64,000 nucleotides of DNA from Planctomycetota bacterium. GTDB taxonomy: Bacteria > Planctomycetota > SZUA-567 > H5-PLA8. A program made the position numbers and the translations under genes. The stretch is taken from positions 1-64,000 of the forward strand of contig JBBRPR010000019.1 of the NCBI GenBank assembly GCA_038227875.1. The letters are read 5' to 3'. A model generated the notes under the pieces. That model was given only the letters and a program-made list of their open reading frames with translations, was not told the DNA's origin and did no database searches. Positions 29,118-38,775 of the stretch are shown in pieces (the stretch's first letter is position 1; every line of letters begins with the position of its first letter).

Positions 29118-29912
29118 ATGGCCTCATTTGAGCTCGTCTCCTTTCTGCACCCGGATAATCCTCCCGGAATTTCACTGCCGCCTCACGCGGTGGTCAATGA
29201 CGACCTGCACCTGATCCATACAGTCAGCGGCAGCGCCACGGCGCGCATTGGGAAAAACGTGTACCGGATGACACCCGGCAGCGTGATCTTTATCGAGCCT
29301 TACGTGGAGTACGCCATCACGCTCGATCCGGCGCGGCGTCTGGAGATGCTCAACTTCCACTTCCACCTGTTCGCCGATATGGGCGTACCGATCACGCGCG
29401 TGCATGGCCTGCCCACGACGTTTCGGCCGCGCAATCTCGTGCGGATTCAGCGCCACTTGCGGCGCTGGCACCGGCTGTGGACCGGGCCGTCCGTCTTGAA
29501 GCGGGCGGAAGTCGCGGCACGTTTGCACGAACTGGTCATTGCCTACCTGCGCGCGTTTCCGGCGGCGCCGGCGACTCCGGTCGATCCGCTGGCCGAACAC
29601 CTCGCCGCGTTGCTGCGCGAGAAAGCACGCGTGGAGTTCGATGCGGAGGCGTGTGCCGCCGCGGTGTTCATCAGCGTCAGCCAGATGAACCGCCGCTTTC
29701 GGCTTGCGTATGGCACGTCGCCGAAGGATTTCTGGCTGCGCCACCGCTACCTGTTGGCCCGTTCGCGGCTGCAGTACAGCGCGCAGACCATTTCCGCGAT
29801 CGCATTGGAGTTGGGCTTTGACGATCCGAACTATTTTTCGCGCTGGTTCAAGACGATGAGCGGCAGCGCGCCGCTGGAATTCCGCAAGCGGGCGATTGGG
29901 TTGGAGATTTGA
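29118..29912 (+). CDS. AraC family transcriptional regulator
   Basis: N-terminal cupin-like region; ISAIALELGFDDPNYFSRWFK...PLEFR HTH; divergent from the cupin gene. Confidence 0.92.
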   Translation: MASFELVSFLHPDNPPGISLPPHAVVNDDLHLIHTVSGSATARIGKNVYRMTPGSVIFIEPYVEYAITLDPARRLEMLNFHFHLFADMGVPITRVHGLPTTFRPRNLVRIQRHLRRWHRLWTGPSVLKRAEVAARLHELVIAYLRAFPAAPATPVDPLAEHLAALLREKARVEFDAEACAAAVFISVSQMNRRFRLAYGTSPKDFWLRHRYLLARSRLQYSAQTISAIALELGFDDPNYFSRWFKTMSGSAPLEFRKRAIGLEI

Positions 29913-30002
29913 AGATTCGGCGACGCGTCGGGCACGGATGAACGGACTTTTTCGCTGCGCTCAAATGTCCGCGCATCCATGGCACCAAGTCTTCCGCGTG
30001 CG

Positions 30003-30036
30003 TTTTTGAATTTTTAATTTTTAATTTTTAATTGCC
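30003..30036. repeat. AT-rich heptamer repeat (TTTTTAA/TTTTGAA)n followed by TTGCC
   Basis: tttttgaatttttaatttttaatttttaattgcc; a related copy lies at 50281-50307; both directly follow minus-strand stop codons. Confidence 0.7.
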
Positions 30037-30038
30037 TT

Positions 30039-31769
30039 TCAGTTCTTCACTTTGCCAGTGATGTACTGCAGCGCTTTCTTGAATCCCAGCATGCCGATTT
30101 TTTTCCCGAGCTTGCGGCCTTCCATGTCGCCGTCCTTGAAATGGATCGCGCCGTAACGGCGGGAGATGCCGGCGTCGTTGGCGGCGTCGATGAATTTGTC
30201 CCAGTGGAACTTCAGCGGCGCGGCGGGCGTGTTCAGTTCGATCGAGACGAAGCTGGCAGGGATATCGACGGTGTAGCCGAACTTCGGCGACTTGGTGAAC
30301 AGCGTCAGCACTTCCGCACCGACGGCGCTGAAAGTGCTGTGGCCAGAAATGTATTCGGCGAACGGCGGCGTCGGGATGTAGGTCTGGAATGTTTCGCCGG
30401 CGATGGTCTGCGTGCCCCGCCCCGGCCCGCCCCAGGCCTTCACGTCCTTGCCTTTAAAGAGGAAGCGGATGGATGTGATCGGGCGGACGGAATCGTAGCG
30501 GCGCTTGATGTCCCAGACTTCGACGCTGGCATCGAGTTCCGCGTTGCCCAGCGCGAAGAAGAGTTTGACGTCGTCGTCGAGCGTGTGGTGATCGCGGCGC
30601 GAGACGAACTGCGCGAACGAAAACCAGTGGCCCGGCGGCGTGACCGTACCGGCCTTGTCGACCCAATACGCGGCGACGGTCTTGGTGAGATCGGTGAGTC
30701 CCGCGGAGAGATCGAGAATCTCCTGCGATTCCTTGAGATAAGATTTGTTCGGATTGGCGGCGGGCGGCTTGGGGAAGAGGTGTTTGCGCTGCGCGCTGGT
30801 GCCGATGGCGAAGGTCTTTACGCTGCCCCACTGCGGCGTGGTGAAAGCCTGCGGCTTGCCGTTGGGCTGCAGCAGCGGCTGCCAGAGGCTGGGGTCGTTG
30901 AGCGCGGTGGTGTCGTTCTTGGGCGTGTAGCTGGTGTAGTCGGAATATGCGCCGGGATTGAGATCGCCGAGCTGATTGGAACCGTCTGCATGGCGGAAGG
31001 TCAGGTTCGCCGCGGCGGCGACGTTACCGACGCCGGCGGGCGTGGTGGTGTCGGTGGTCGTGTTGGTCGGATCGAGATTCAAGCCCGCCATGATCGCATC
31101 GAAGCGCGCTTTTTCTGCGGGAAAGAGATCCACCAGCGTACGGTACGCGGCAAACGAGATCGCGACGCTCTTGTTGGCGTCGGTCTGTTCGTTCGCAGGC
31201 CGGCGCAGCGTTGCGCCGAGCTGCGTGCCGATGGCTTTGGAATCGTAAGCAGCCCAGGCATCGAAAACGCTGGTCTGCAGCACACCCAGGGCGCGCGCGG
31301 AAATCGTCGGTGCAGTATTGGAATTCTGGAACGAAATGAGCAGCGCGGTATTCCACGTGATTGCCACGTTCGGGTCCGGTTGAGGATCGGTGGCCGTCGC
31401 ATTAAAAGTAACCGACGGCAGCCCGGTGCTGGTGGCGGTGATGCTGTTGGGACCAGCCGTGGGTCCCAAGGTCCAACCGCCGAGCGTTGCGATGCCGGTC
31501 GGGTCGGTGACTTCGGTGGCGCCGGTGAGACTTCCGCCGCCGGTGATCGTGCCCCACGTGACGGTCACACCCGGAACAGGAACGTTAGCCGCGTCGGTGA
31601 CGAGCACACAGACAGGGCCAATAACGCGCGTGCCGGCCGGAGCAACCTGGTTGTCGCCGGAGGCGAGCACCATATTGACCGCCGGTCCTGCAACGGCCGC
31701 TGTAGCCGAAGATGGCAACAACGCGACGAACGCCAGTGCGACGGTCAAAAACAGGTGCTTATGATTCAT
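30039..31769 (-). CDS. Secreted vanadium-dependent haloperoxidase / PAP2-superfamily protein with N-terminal Ig-like domain
   Basis: KRRYDSVRP (K-x6-RP), PPFAEYISGHS, ISRRYGAIHF motifs; signal peptide; SGDNQ...VTDAANVPVPGVTVTW Ig-like module. Confidence 0.85.
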   Translation of the reverse strand: MNHKHLFLTVALAFVALLPSSATAAVAGPAVNMVLASGDNQVAPAGTRVIGPVCVLVTDAANVPVPGVTVTWGTITGGGSLTGATEVTDPTGIATLGGWTLGPTAGPNSITATSTGLPSVTFNATATDPQPDPNVAITWNTALLISFQNSNTAPTISARALGVLQTSVFDAWAAYDSKAIGTQLGATLRRPANEQTDANKSVAISFAAYRTLVDLFPAEKARFDAIMAGLNLDPTNTTTDTTTPAGVGNVAAAANLTFRHADGSNQLGDLNPGAYSDYTSYTPKNDTTALNDPSLWQPLLQPNGKPQAFTTPQWGSVKTFAIGTSAQRKHLFPKPPAANPNKSYLKESQEILDLSAGLTDLTKTVAAYWVDKAGTVTPPGHWFSFAQFVSRRDHHTLDDDVKLFFALGNAELDASVEVWDIKRRYDSVRPITSIRFLFKGKDVKAWGGPGRGTQTIAGETFQTYIPTPPFAEYISGHSTFSAVGAEVLTLFTKSPKFGYTVDIPASFVSIELNTPAAPLKFHWDKFIDAANDAGISRRYGAIHFKDGDMEGRKLGKKIGMLGFKKALQYITGKVKN

Positions 31770-31931
31770 TGCATCCTCGCGGTTGACAATAACCCGTGAT
31801 TCGTGACGAATCCGGGCCGGTAATATTGCATCAAAATTGGGAACGTTGAGTTCCCACTATGAAATTTGCCAAATGAAGCAAAGACAAAACTTATAAGCTC
31901 CTGTTGCTCAGCAGTCCAACGCCGCTCAATT

Positions 31932-33023
31932 TCAGCTCACAAAACAGGCGTCGCCGTAGCTGTAAAAACGATAGTTGGACGCAACGGCATGAGCGTACGC
32001 ACGATGAAGGAACTCGACGCCGGCGGTATTTCCTGGCGACGCAAACGCGGCGACCAGCATCAGCAGGCTCGACTTCGGAACGTGGAAATTCGTCATCAAA
32101 CCATCGGCGACGCGGAAATTGTACGGCGGAAAAACGAACAGGTCCGTGGTCCCCAGCAACGGACCGGAGACGGCTTCCGTCGTGATCTGCGGGACACTTT
32201 CCAGCGCGCGCAAGCTGGTGGTGCCGACAGCAATGACGCGGCGGCCCTCGCGCTTGGCCTGGAGCACGGCCGCGGAGGTCTCGGCGGGAATGAGGTACGG
32301 TTCGGGATCGACGTAATGCTGCTCGACATCGTCGGCTTTCACCGGCTTGAACGTGCCTGGGCCGACATGAAGCGTGACGTAGGCGAGAATCACCCCGCGT
32401 TCGCGCAACGTGTTCAACAACTCGCCGGAAAAATGCAGTCCGGCGGTCGGCGCGGCGACGGCGCCCGGGTTTTGCGCGAAGACTGTCTGGTACCTCTGGC
32501 GGTCGGCGTTGCTCGACGGACCGGGATCGCGGCGAATGTAAGGCGGCAGCGGCACTTCACCGTAGTGTGAGACGTAGACATCGAATTCGGCGGCGTTGCA
32601 GGCGAAGGCCACGGTGTCGCCGGCTTCGCCGTGGCGTTCGTGCAGGGTGGCTTTCAGTCCGCCGCTGAGCGTGAACGATTCTCCGCGCAGCAGTTTGCCG
32701 CCGGATTTCGCCAGCGCTCGCCGCAGCGTGACCGGCGCGCTGGAATTCTCCCCTTCTATGGGCGGTCCGGGAACGAGCAGAAATTCGACTTTGCCGCCGC
32801 TGGAATCGCGCGTGGAGCGCAAGCGTGCGGGGATCACGCGGGTATCGTTGAGCACCAGGACGTCGCCGGATTTCAGAAACGCGGGAAGGTCGCGCACGGA
32901 CGAATCCTGCCACGTCTGCTGCGCGCGGTTGAGCACCAGCAGCTTCGCGGCCTCGCGTTCCGGGAGCGGTTGCTGAGCGATCTGTTGTTCAGGAAGGTGG
33001 AAATTGAATAGCTCGGTCTTCAT
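31932..33023 (-). CDS. queA: S-adenosylmethionine:tRNA ribosyltransferase-isomerase
   Basis: LVLNDTRVIPARL, PLPPYI, YQTVFA, AAPTAGLHF, TLHVGPGTF, AVGTTSLRALES, TNFHVPKS, YRFYSYGDA. Confidence 0.97.
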   Translation of the reverse strand: MKTELFNFHLPEQQIAQQPLPEREAAKLLVLNRAQQTWQDSSVRDLPAFLKSGDVLVLNDTRVIPARLRSTRDSSGGKVEFLLVPGPPIEGENSSAPVTLRRALAKSGGKLLRGESFTLSGGLKATLHERHGEAGDTVAFACNAAEFDVYVSHYGEVPLPPYIRRDPGPSSNADRQRYQTVFAQNPGAVAAPTAGLHFSGELLNTLRERGVILAYVTLHVGPGTFKPVKADDVEQHYVDPEPYLIPAETSAAVLQAKREGRRVIAVGTTSLRALESVPQITTEAVSGPLLGTTDLFVFPPYNFRVADGLMTNFHVPKSSLLMLVAAFASPGNTAGVEFLHRAYAHAVASNYRFYSYGDACFVS

Positions 33024-33135
33024 CGCCGGGATTTTCGAAGAGGGACGCCTAAACGGAAAGTGCAATTCGCAATATTGCGATTAAGCTTTTCGACCTCGAC
33101 CAACCACCAACCTTTGGCACAAGGAGCTCCCGGCT

Positions 33136-33915
33136 ATGGGCTATGAAGAAATCACGATCTCGCATGCCAACGTTTCCGCCACCATCGCCCCCGCGCGCGG
33201 TGCGCTGGTAACCGGATTGAAAGTGAAGGGCAAAGACGTGCTGTACCTCGACCGAGCCTCCTTCGACGACCCGACCAAGAATGTGCGCGGCGGCATCCCG
33301 GTGCTCTTTCCGTACGCTGGAAAACTGGTCGACGAAGTCTTTGTTCATGCCAAGACCAAGATGAAGCAGCACGGTTTCGGCCGCAACAAGGAATGGAAGG
33401 TCACGCACAAGACTGCCGATTCGCTCACCGTACAGCTGAAGCCCGATGCCGACACCAACGCGCAGTATCCCTATGAATTCCTGGCGGAGCAGACCACCAC
33501 GGTGCTGCCGCGCGGACTGCAGGTCGATCTGCTCGTCTGCAACTACGGCGACAAGCCGATGCCGGTCTCGCCGGGCTGGCATCCGTACTATAATTGTCAC
33601 GGCCCGTCGAAGGGCAAGGTGACTGGCGATGTCGAAGGTCTTACCGCCGACAAGCTGGGCAACGACAAGGAATTCGATTTCGGCGTCGTGGCTCCGATGA
33701 CCGGCCAGGGACGCTTCGACGTTCCGGGACTGGGTAAGCTGACGGTAAAATTCACGCCGGTAATGAAGCACATGCAGTTCTGGTCGCAACCGGGCAAGGA
33801 TTTCATCTGCATCGAGCCGTTCTTTGGTCCGAACAACACGGTCAACACGGACAAGCGCTACGACATCGCGCCAAAATCCTGCCGTACGTTCTGGATGCGG
33901 ATCGAATTGGACTAA
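33136..33915 (+). CDS. Aldose 1-epimerase / galactose mutarotase-like protein
   Basis: RGGIPVLFP, QHGFGR, GWHPY, FICIEP; AAGGAG RBS. Confidence 0.88.
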   Translation: MGYEEITISHANVSATIAPARGALVTGLKVKGKDVLYLDRASFDDPTKNVRGGIPVLFPYAGKLVDEVFVHAKTKMKQHGFGRNKEWKVTHKTADSLTVQLKPDADTNAQYPYEFLAEQTTTVLPRGLQVDLLVCNYGDKPMPVSPGWHPYYNCHGPSKGKVTGDVEGLTADKLGNDKEFDFGVVAPMTGQGRFDVPGLGKLTVKFTPVMKHMQFWSQPGKDFICIEPFFGPNNTVNTDKRYDIAPKSCRTFWMRIELD

Positions 33916-33924
33916 GTCGCAGCC

Positions 33925-33954
33925 GTACCCTGCCGCCAATTGGCGGCAGGGTAC
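33925..33954. other. Perfect 30-bp palindrome with CCAATTGG core
   Basis: gtaccctgccgccaattggcggcagggtac. Confidence 0.9.
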
Positions 33955-33995
33955 AAACTGGTCAATTTCCGACAATTCAGGTCCATTGGAACGCG

Positions 33996-34988
33996 ATGAC
34001 GAAAGCGACCGCGAAAAGCAGAGCAACGAAGCCGCTCGACATCCTCGTGACGGGCGGATTGGGCGCGGTGGGCGGGCATCTCGTTCCGGAGCTCGAACGC
34101 CGCGGACATCGCGTCTTCGTCGCGGATATCCGACATCATCACAATGCGCCGAACTATGCGCGTTGTGATGTCTCGGCGTACCGCCAGGTCGAACGACTCT
34201 GGACGGGAGGCGGTTGGCCGCAGGGCTACACGCCCAAGCCGCGCAAATTTGATGTCGTTTACCATCTCGCGGCGGAGTTCGGCCGCTGGAATGGTGAAGA
34301 TTATTTTGAAAATCTTTGGAACACCAATGCGATCGGCACCAAGAACATCCTCCGCATGCAGGAACGGGAGGGGTTTAAGGCGGTCTATTTCTCATCTTCG
34401 GAAGTCTACGGCGACTACGACGGCGTGATGAGCGAAGACGTAATGGACAAGGTCGAAATCAAGCAACTCAACGACTACGCCATGACGAAGTGGGTCAATG
34501 AGCAGCAGGTGCTGAATTCGGCCTCGCAATTCAAGACCAAAAGTGTGCGCGTGAGGCTCTTCAACACCTATGGGCCGGGCGAAGTGTACAGCCCGTATCG
34601 ATCGGTGATCTGCCTCTTCTGCTATCGGGCGCTGAATAATATTCCGTACACGGTCTACCGCGGGCATAAGCGGACCAGCACGTTCATCACCGACATGAGC
34701 CGCACGCTGGCGAACATCAGCGGGAATTTCAAGGCCGGCGAAGTCTATAATATAGGAGGCACGGACTATCACGATATTGAGACCTGTTCGGACCTGATTT
34801 TGGGGCATCTTAAGAAGAGCGACAAGGCCTTGGTGACCTACAAGGATTCAGAAATCCTCACGACGCGACAGAAACTGGTCGATTGTACAAAAGCCAAACG
34901 GGATCTGGATCACCGGACCACGGTGACGCTGAAGGAGGGAATTCGTCGCACCTTGGTGTGGATGCGGAAGGCCTATGGGATACACTAA
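33996..34988 (+). CDS. NAD-dependent epimerase/dehydratase (extended SDR)
   Basis: ILVTGGLGAVG, YHLAA, SSSEVYG, YAMTK (YxxxK), RLFNTYGP. Confidence 0.92.
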   Translation: MTKATAKSRATKPLDILVTGGLGAVGGHLVPELERRGHRVFVADIRHHHNAPNYARCDVSAYRQVERLWTGGGWPQGYTPKPRKFDVVYHLAAEFGRWNGEDYFENLWNTNAIGTKNILRMQEREGFKAVYFSSSEVYGDYDGVMSEDVMDKVEIKQLNDYAMTKWVNEQQVLNSASQFKTKSVRVRLFNTYGPGEVYSPYRSVICLFCYRALNNIPYTVYRGHKRTSTFITDMSRTLANISGNFKAGEVYNIGGTDYHDIETCSDLILGHLKKSDKALVTYKDSEILTTRQKLVDCTKAKRDLDHRTTVTLKEGIRRTLVWMRKAYGIH

Positions 34989-35018
34989 TAATAGGCTTAC
35001 ATAAGGGAGGAATTGCCC

Positions 35019-35249
35019 ATGACTGTGTCCATCACCTACTGCACGCTCTGAAATTTTGAGCCACAAGCCGCCAGTCTGGCGGACGAATTAAGGGCGAATT
35101 TTGGGGTGCAAGCGAAGTTGATCGAAGGTCGCGGCGGTGTCTTTGACGTGGTTTGTGACGGAAAAATGATTTATTCGAAAAAACAGACCGGACGGTTTCC
35201 GAACGCGGGTGAGGTCAGTAAACTGCTGCGGGAAACGAGTAATAACTGA
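35019..35249 (+). CDS. SelW/SelT/SelH (Rdx family) selenoprotein, CxxU, with UGA recoded at 35049-35051
   Basis: GGGAGG RBS; MTVSITYCTL-UGA-NFEPQAASLADELRANFGVQAKLIEGRGGVFDVVCDGKMIYSKKQTGRFPNAGEV...; Rdx motifs GxFxV and SK...RFP lie after the UGA; SECIS-like hairpin 35068-35082. Confidence 0.88.
35068..35082 (+). promoter_or_regulatory. Putative bacterial SECIS apical stem-loop
   Basis: ccgcca-GTC-tggcgg, G-containing loop starting about 22 nt after the in-frame UGA. Confidence 0.6.
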
Positions 35250-35301
35250 GGGATGTTTGGTTGATGTTTCATTCGCACGGAACGATGTGCAGGATTTTAC
35301 C

Positions 35302-35330
35302 TTGACGAGAAGTTTTTACCGCATTACTGT
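35302..35330 (+). promoter_or_regulatory. Sigma70-like promoter for pilMNOPQ
   Basis: TTGACG-17 nt-TACTGT. Confidence 0.5.
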
Positions 35331-35370
35331 CAGTGCCTTGTTTTGAATCTTGGGTCAGGAGCATCTTCGC

Positions 35371-36411
35371 GTGGGTCTTTTCGGTCGAAAAAAGAGCCTG
35401 CTCGGTCTGGACATTGGCTCCTCCTCGGTGAAGGCGGTTGAGCTCACACGCGTGGGCCAGAGCGTCGTTATCACCGGCATGGGCAAGGCGGAAGTCGAAA
35501 GCCCGGAAGCCGTGGGCGAAGCGATCACGGCGGCATTGCGCGAAGGTGGCATTAAGACCAAGCGCGCCTGCAGTTCGGTCTCCGGACGGTCGGTGATTCA
35601 CCGCCAGGTGCCGATGATGTCGATTCCAGACGCCGAGCTCAAACAGGCGATGGAATACGAAGCCGATAAATATATTCCCTTCGACGTGACCGAAGTGCAG
35701 CTCGACGCGCAACGCATGCGCGAGGGCGACACGGAAGAAAATCAGGCCGGCGCTCCTGCGGGGCAGATGAAAGTGCTGCTGGTCGCCGCCAAGAAGACGC
35801 TGATCGAAGAGCACATCAATCTGCTGCAGTCGGTTGGACTTTCGCCGGTGGTCGTCGACGTGGACTTCCTGGCCTTGGGCAACGCCTTCGAACTGCGCAA
35901 TCTGATGCTGGGCATCAATGATAACGAAGTTCGGGCGCTGGTGGACATCGGCGCGAGCAAGACGGACATCAACATCATGCGCGGCAACAGTTCGTACTTT
36001 CAGCGCGAAATCTTCATGGCCGGCAACGATCTGACAGACGCGGTCGCCAAGCGCTTCGGTGAAGATCCGAAGGACGTCGAGAAGATGAAGAAGGATCCGG
36101 GCGGCGCGCTGGAATCCATGCAGGACGCGATGCTGCCGGTGCTCGAAGACATCGGAAGCGAAATCCGGCTCTCGTTTGACTACCACGAAAATCAGCACGA
36201 TCAGGAAGTGAAGGAAGTGTACATTTCGGGCGGATCAGTACTGTTCCCGGGCATCGACACGATGCTGGCGCAGATTTTCAATCTGCCGATCAAGGTGTGG
36301 GATCCGACGGAAGGGCTGGAAATCACAGGCTTCAATCCTGGCGGCATGGGCAGTGCCAATTCCGACATGGCAATTGCGCTCGGTTTGGCCAGCCGCTTGA
36401 GGAACATGTAA
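35371..36411 (+). CDS. pilM: Type IV pilus assembly protein PilM
   Basis: LGLDIGSSSVKAVEL, ADKYIPF, VLLVAAKK, LVDIGASKT, YISGG, IALGLA; CAGGAG before GTG 35371. Confidence 0.93.
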   Translation: MGLFGRKKSLLGLDIGSSSVKAVELTRVGQSVVITGMGKAEVESPEAVGEAITAALREGGIKTKRACSSVSGRSVIHRQVPMMSIPDAELKQAMEYEADKYIPFDVTEVQLDAQRMREGDTEENQAGAPAGQMKVLLVAAKKTLIEEHINLLQSVGLSPVVVDVDFLALGNAFELRNLMLGINDNEVRALVDIGASKTDINIMRGNSSYFQREIFMAGNDLTDAVAKRFGEDPKDVEKMKKDPGGALESMQDAMLPVLEDIGSEIRLSFDYHENQHDQEVKEVYISGGSVLFPGIDTMLAQIFNLPIKVWDPTEGLEITGFNPGGMGSANSDMAIALGLASRLRNM

Positions 36412-36413
36412 GC

Positions 36414-37169
36414 ATGATAGAAATCAATCTATTACCGGAAGATCTCCGGCAGGCGGAAGGCACGCCCATCATACGGCTCGCGGCGATCATGGGATCGGTC
36501 GTGGTGGCCTGCGGTCTGGGCGTGATGATCAGTTTCTACTACATGGTTTACATTCCGCGCGTCAAAGACGACATCAAGCAGCGCGAAGTGGACATCGCTA
36601 ATTTGAAGGTGCGCGAAGCCGAAGTCAAAGAAATCGACAACCAGATTGCCAAGCTGCAGGAAAAGGTCCAGGCGCTCGACAACCTCAACCAGAGCCGCAT
36701 GCGCTACGGCCGTCTGTTTGATCATCTCACCAATTCGATGCCCGATGGCGTATGGTTCAAAGGCTTCACGGTTGGACCGGAAGCAGGCACGATTGGTCTG
36801 CCTCCCAGCCTGGGCGGCAAACGCTACACCATCCAATTGACCGGCGTCTCCACGGGCGGCACGGACAAGGAAATGGACAATCGCATTACCGAGTTGGTTC
36901 ACAACATGGAACGGGAATTCGGCGTGGCTCGCGAAGAATGGAAGCCCAAGCCCGGTGATCCGCCCGGCGCAGTTGCGCCTCCGCTATTTGGTTTCAACAA
37001 GGAGTTGGGAGCGCGATTCTTCCATCCCGACACACCGAACATCACGGTCACCACGTTGCCTGCGCCGCTGGATGTGCCCAAGGAAGCGCTGAAGGCGCTG
37101 AATGCTCCAACGGTGGGACACGATTTTACGATGTCGTTCACGTTTGAAATGCCGCCGCCCAAGAACTGA
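36414..37169 (+). CDS. pilN: Type IV pilus assembly protein PilN
   Basis: MIEINLLP PilM-binding motif, single TM, coiled coil, MPDGVWF. Confidence 0.85.
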   Translation: MIEINLLPEDLRQAEGTPIIRLAAIMGSVVVACGLGVMISFYYMVYIPRVKDDIKQREVDIANLKVREAEVKEIDNQIAKLQEKVQALDNLNQSRMRYGRLFDHLTNSMPDGVWFKGFTVGPEAGTIGLPPSLGGKRYTIQLTGVSTGGTDKEMDNRITELVHNMEREFGVAREEWKPKPGDPPGAVAPPLFGFNKELGARFFHPDTPNITVTTLPAPLDVPKEALKALNAPTVGHDFTMSFTFEMPPPKN

Positions 37170-37235
37170 GGACGGCAGTAGCCAGATCTGCAATACGCGT
37201 GAGGGTGGCGGACGTAAAGAAGGAGCAGGTGTAGC

Positions 37236-37805
37236 ATGGCAGCCAACGAATGGTCGGAAAAAACCCGCATGATCGTCACCATCGCCATTGGCGTGGTGGC
37301 CAACATTGCCCTGGGTACCGTGCTGTACATGGCCTATAGCGACTGGAAGGTCAAAGACGCCGAACTAACCAAGAAGAAGAAGGAAATCGAATCGCTGAAG
37401 CAGGTGGTCGACAAGAAGCCGGAAAAGGAAACGCAGTTGAAAGGTCTCCAGGCCGATTTCGAACACAAGAAGGAACAACTTCCCGACGCAGCCGCGATGG
37501 AAAAGCTGATCGACGACTTGGCGCCCATTGCTGACCACAATTCCTGCAAACGAAAAACATGGCGCAGGACGGTGGCGACCGATGCGGGTGCCGGCAACAA
37601 TCTGGTGAAGTCGGTCTTTAGCACAACCTGGGAGGCGGATTTCTTCGGTTGGTGCAAGATGATCAATGAAATCGAAGAACGGTTTCCACGATTCATCGGC
37701 TTTGAGAACATGCGCCTCACGCCCAAGAATTCTGGCATGGTGGCCACTGGAGCGGTGCACGACCTTTCGGTTGATATTGTCTCGTACCAGTACGTCCGCC
37801 AATAG
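37236..37805 (+). CDS. pilO: PilO-like protein
   Basis: TM, coiled coil, QLP motif, IEERFPRFI; operon position. Confidence 0.75.
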   Translation: MAANEWSEKTRMIVTIAIGVVANIALGTVLYMAYSDWKVKDAELTKKKKEIESLKQVVDKKPEKETQLKGLQADFEHKKEQLPDAAAMEKLIDDLAPIADHNSCKRKTWRRTVATDAGAGNNLVKSVFSTTWEADFFGWCKMINEIEERFPRFIGFENMRLTPKNSGMVATGAVHDLSVDIVSYQYVRQ

Positions 37806-37893
37806 CGCAAATAGCGCCACACGTGGATGTTCCGGGTGATGGTTTCAGTGCGGTAAAGCGGGGTGTGTAGTGCGGAATCAAAAGGGTCTAGTT

Positions 37894-38640
37894 ATGAGCG
37901 AATCGGGACAGCGCAGAAGTCTTTTGCCTCTGCTCGCCGTTCTCCTGCTGCTGACGGTTGCCCCGTTTGCACGTGCGATCGCCGGCGAAGCTCCGCCTCC
38001 TCCGGCGGGCGGCGCGGAAGCCACGCCAGAAAATAAGGAAGGCGAGAAGAAGCCGATCGAAGAGTCGTTCAACTTTGTGCCTGGCGAGCGCCGCGATCCG
38101 TTCACGTTCACCAAGGTCATTCCGAAGGTAGCACCGCCGCCGACGGGCGTGATCACCACTCCCGACGAAGACAAGACTCCGCAGCGCATGGATGCCGCGC
38201 AGATTGCCGCCAAGAAGAACGAAGCGTTGAATTTTTACGCGCAGGCGGAAGGCTCGTTGATGGAAATGAACGCGACGGAAAGCATGGCACGTTGTGACCG
38301 CGGTTTGGAAGTTTTCAAAGACGTGCAGATGAATCTTTACAAAGAATTACAGGAAGTTCGAGATGTTTTATTGCGGCTGCGAAAGGCCGCCGAACGCATC
38401 CGCCAGAGGCAGGATGCGGAGCGTGATTTTGGCATGATGAACATCCATTTAACGGGCGTTGTAGCGCGCGATAAAAACTCACAAGCCATTATCAATGCAA
38501 AGGTTGTAGCAAAGGGTGACGTCGTTCCTTCCTCCACGGAAGGTTCTGACGTGGTGGTCTCGGACATACTGCCTCAGCAGGTGGTCTTCATCTATCGTGG
38601 ATACAAGATGATGCTGACGTTGTCCGAAATAGGGAGATGA
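37894..38640 (+). CDS. PilP-like protein
   Basis: Signal peptide, RRDPF motif, LTGVV...AIINAKVV...GDVV C-terminal domain; operon position. Confidence 0.65.
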   Translation: MSESGQRRSLLPLLAVLLLLTVAPFARAIAGEAPPPPAGGAEATPENKEGEKKPIEESFNFVPGERRDPFTFTKVIPKVAPPPTGVITTPDEDKTPQRMDAAQIAAKKNEALNFYAQAEGSLMEMNATESMARCDRGLEVFKDVQMNLYKELQEVRDVLLRLRKAAERIRQRQDAERDFGMMNIHLTGVVARDKNSQAIINAKVVAKGDVVPSSTEGSDVVVSDILPQQVVFIYRGYKMMLTLSEIGR

Positions 38641-38775
38641 CAGGCTACGAAAGGTCGATATAGTAGCTTCTCATCGTGAACAGTGTGCGGGGGAAAACCG
38701 AACAGCCTGCAAAGGCTGGGCAACGAATAGTCTGTCTTTGGTGCGCCAATACCAGAGTCAGCCAGGAGGGGGCCA

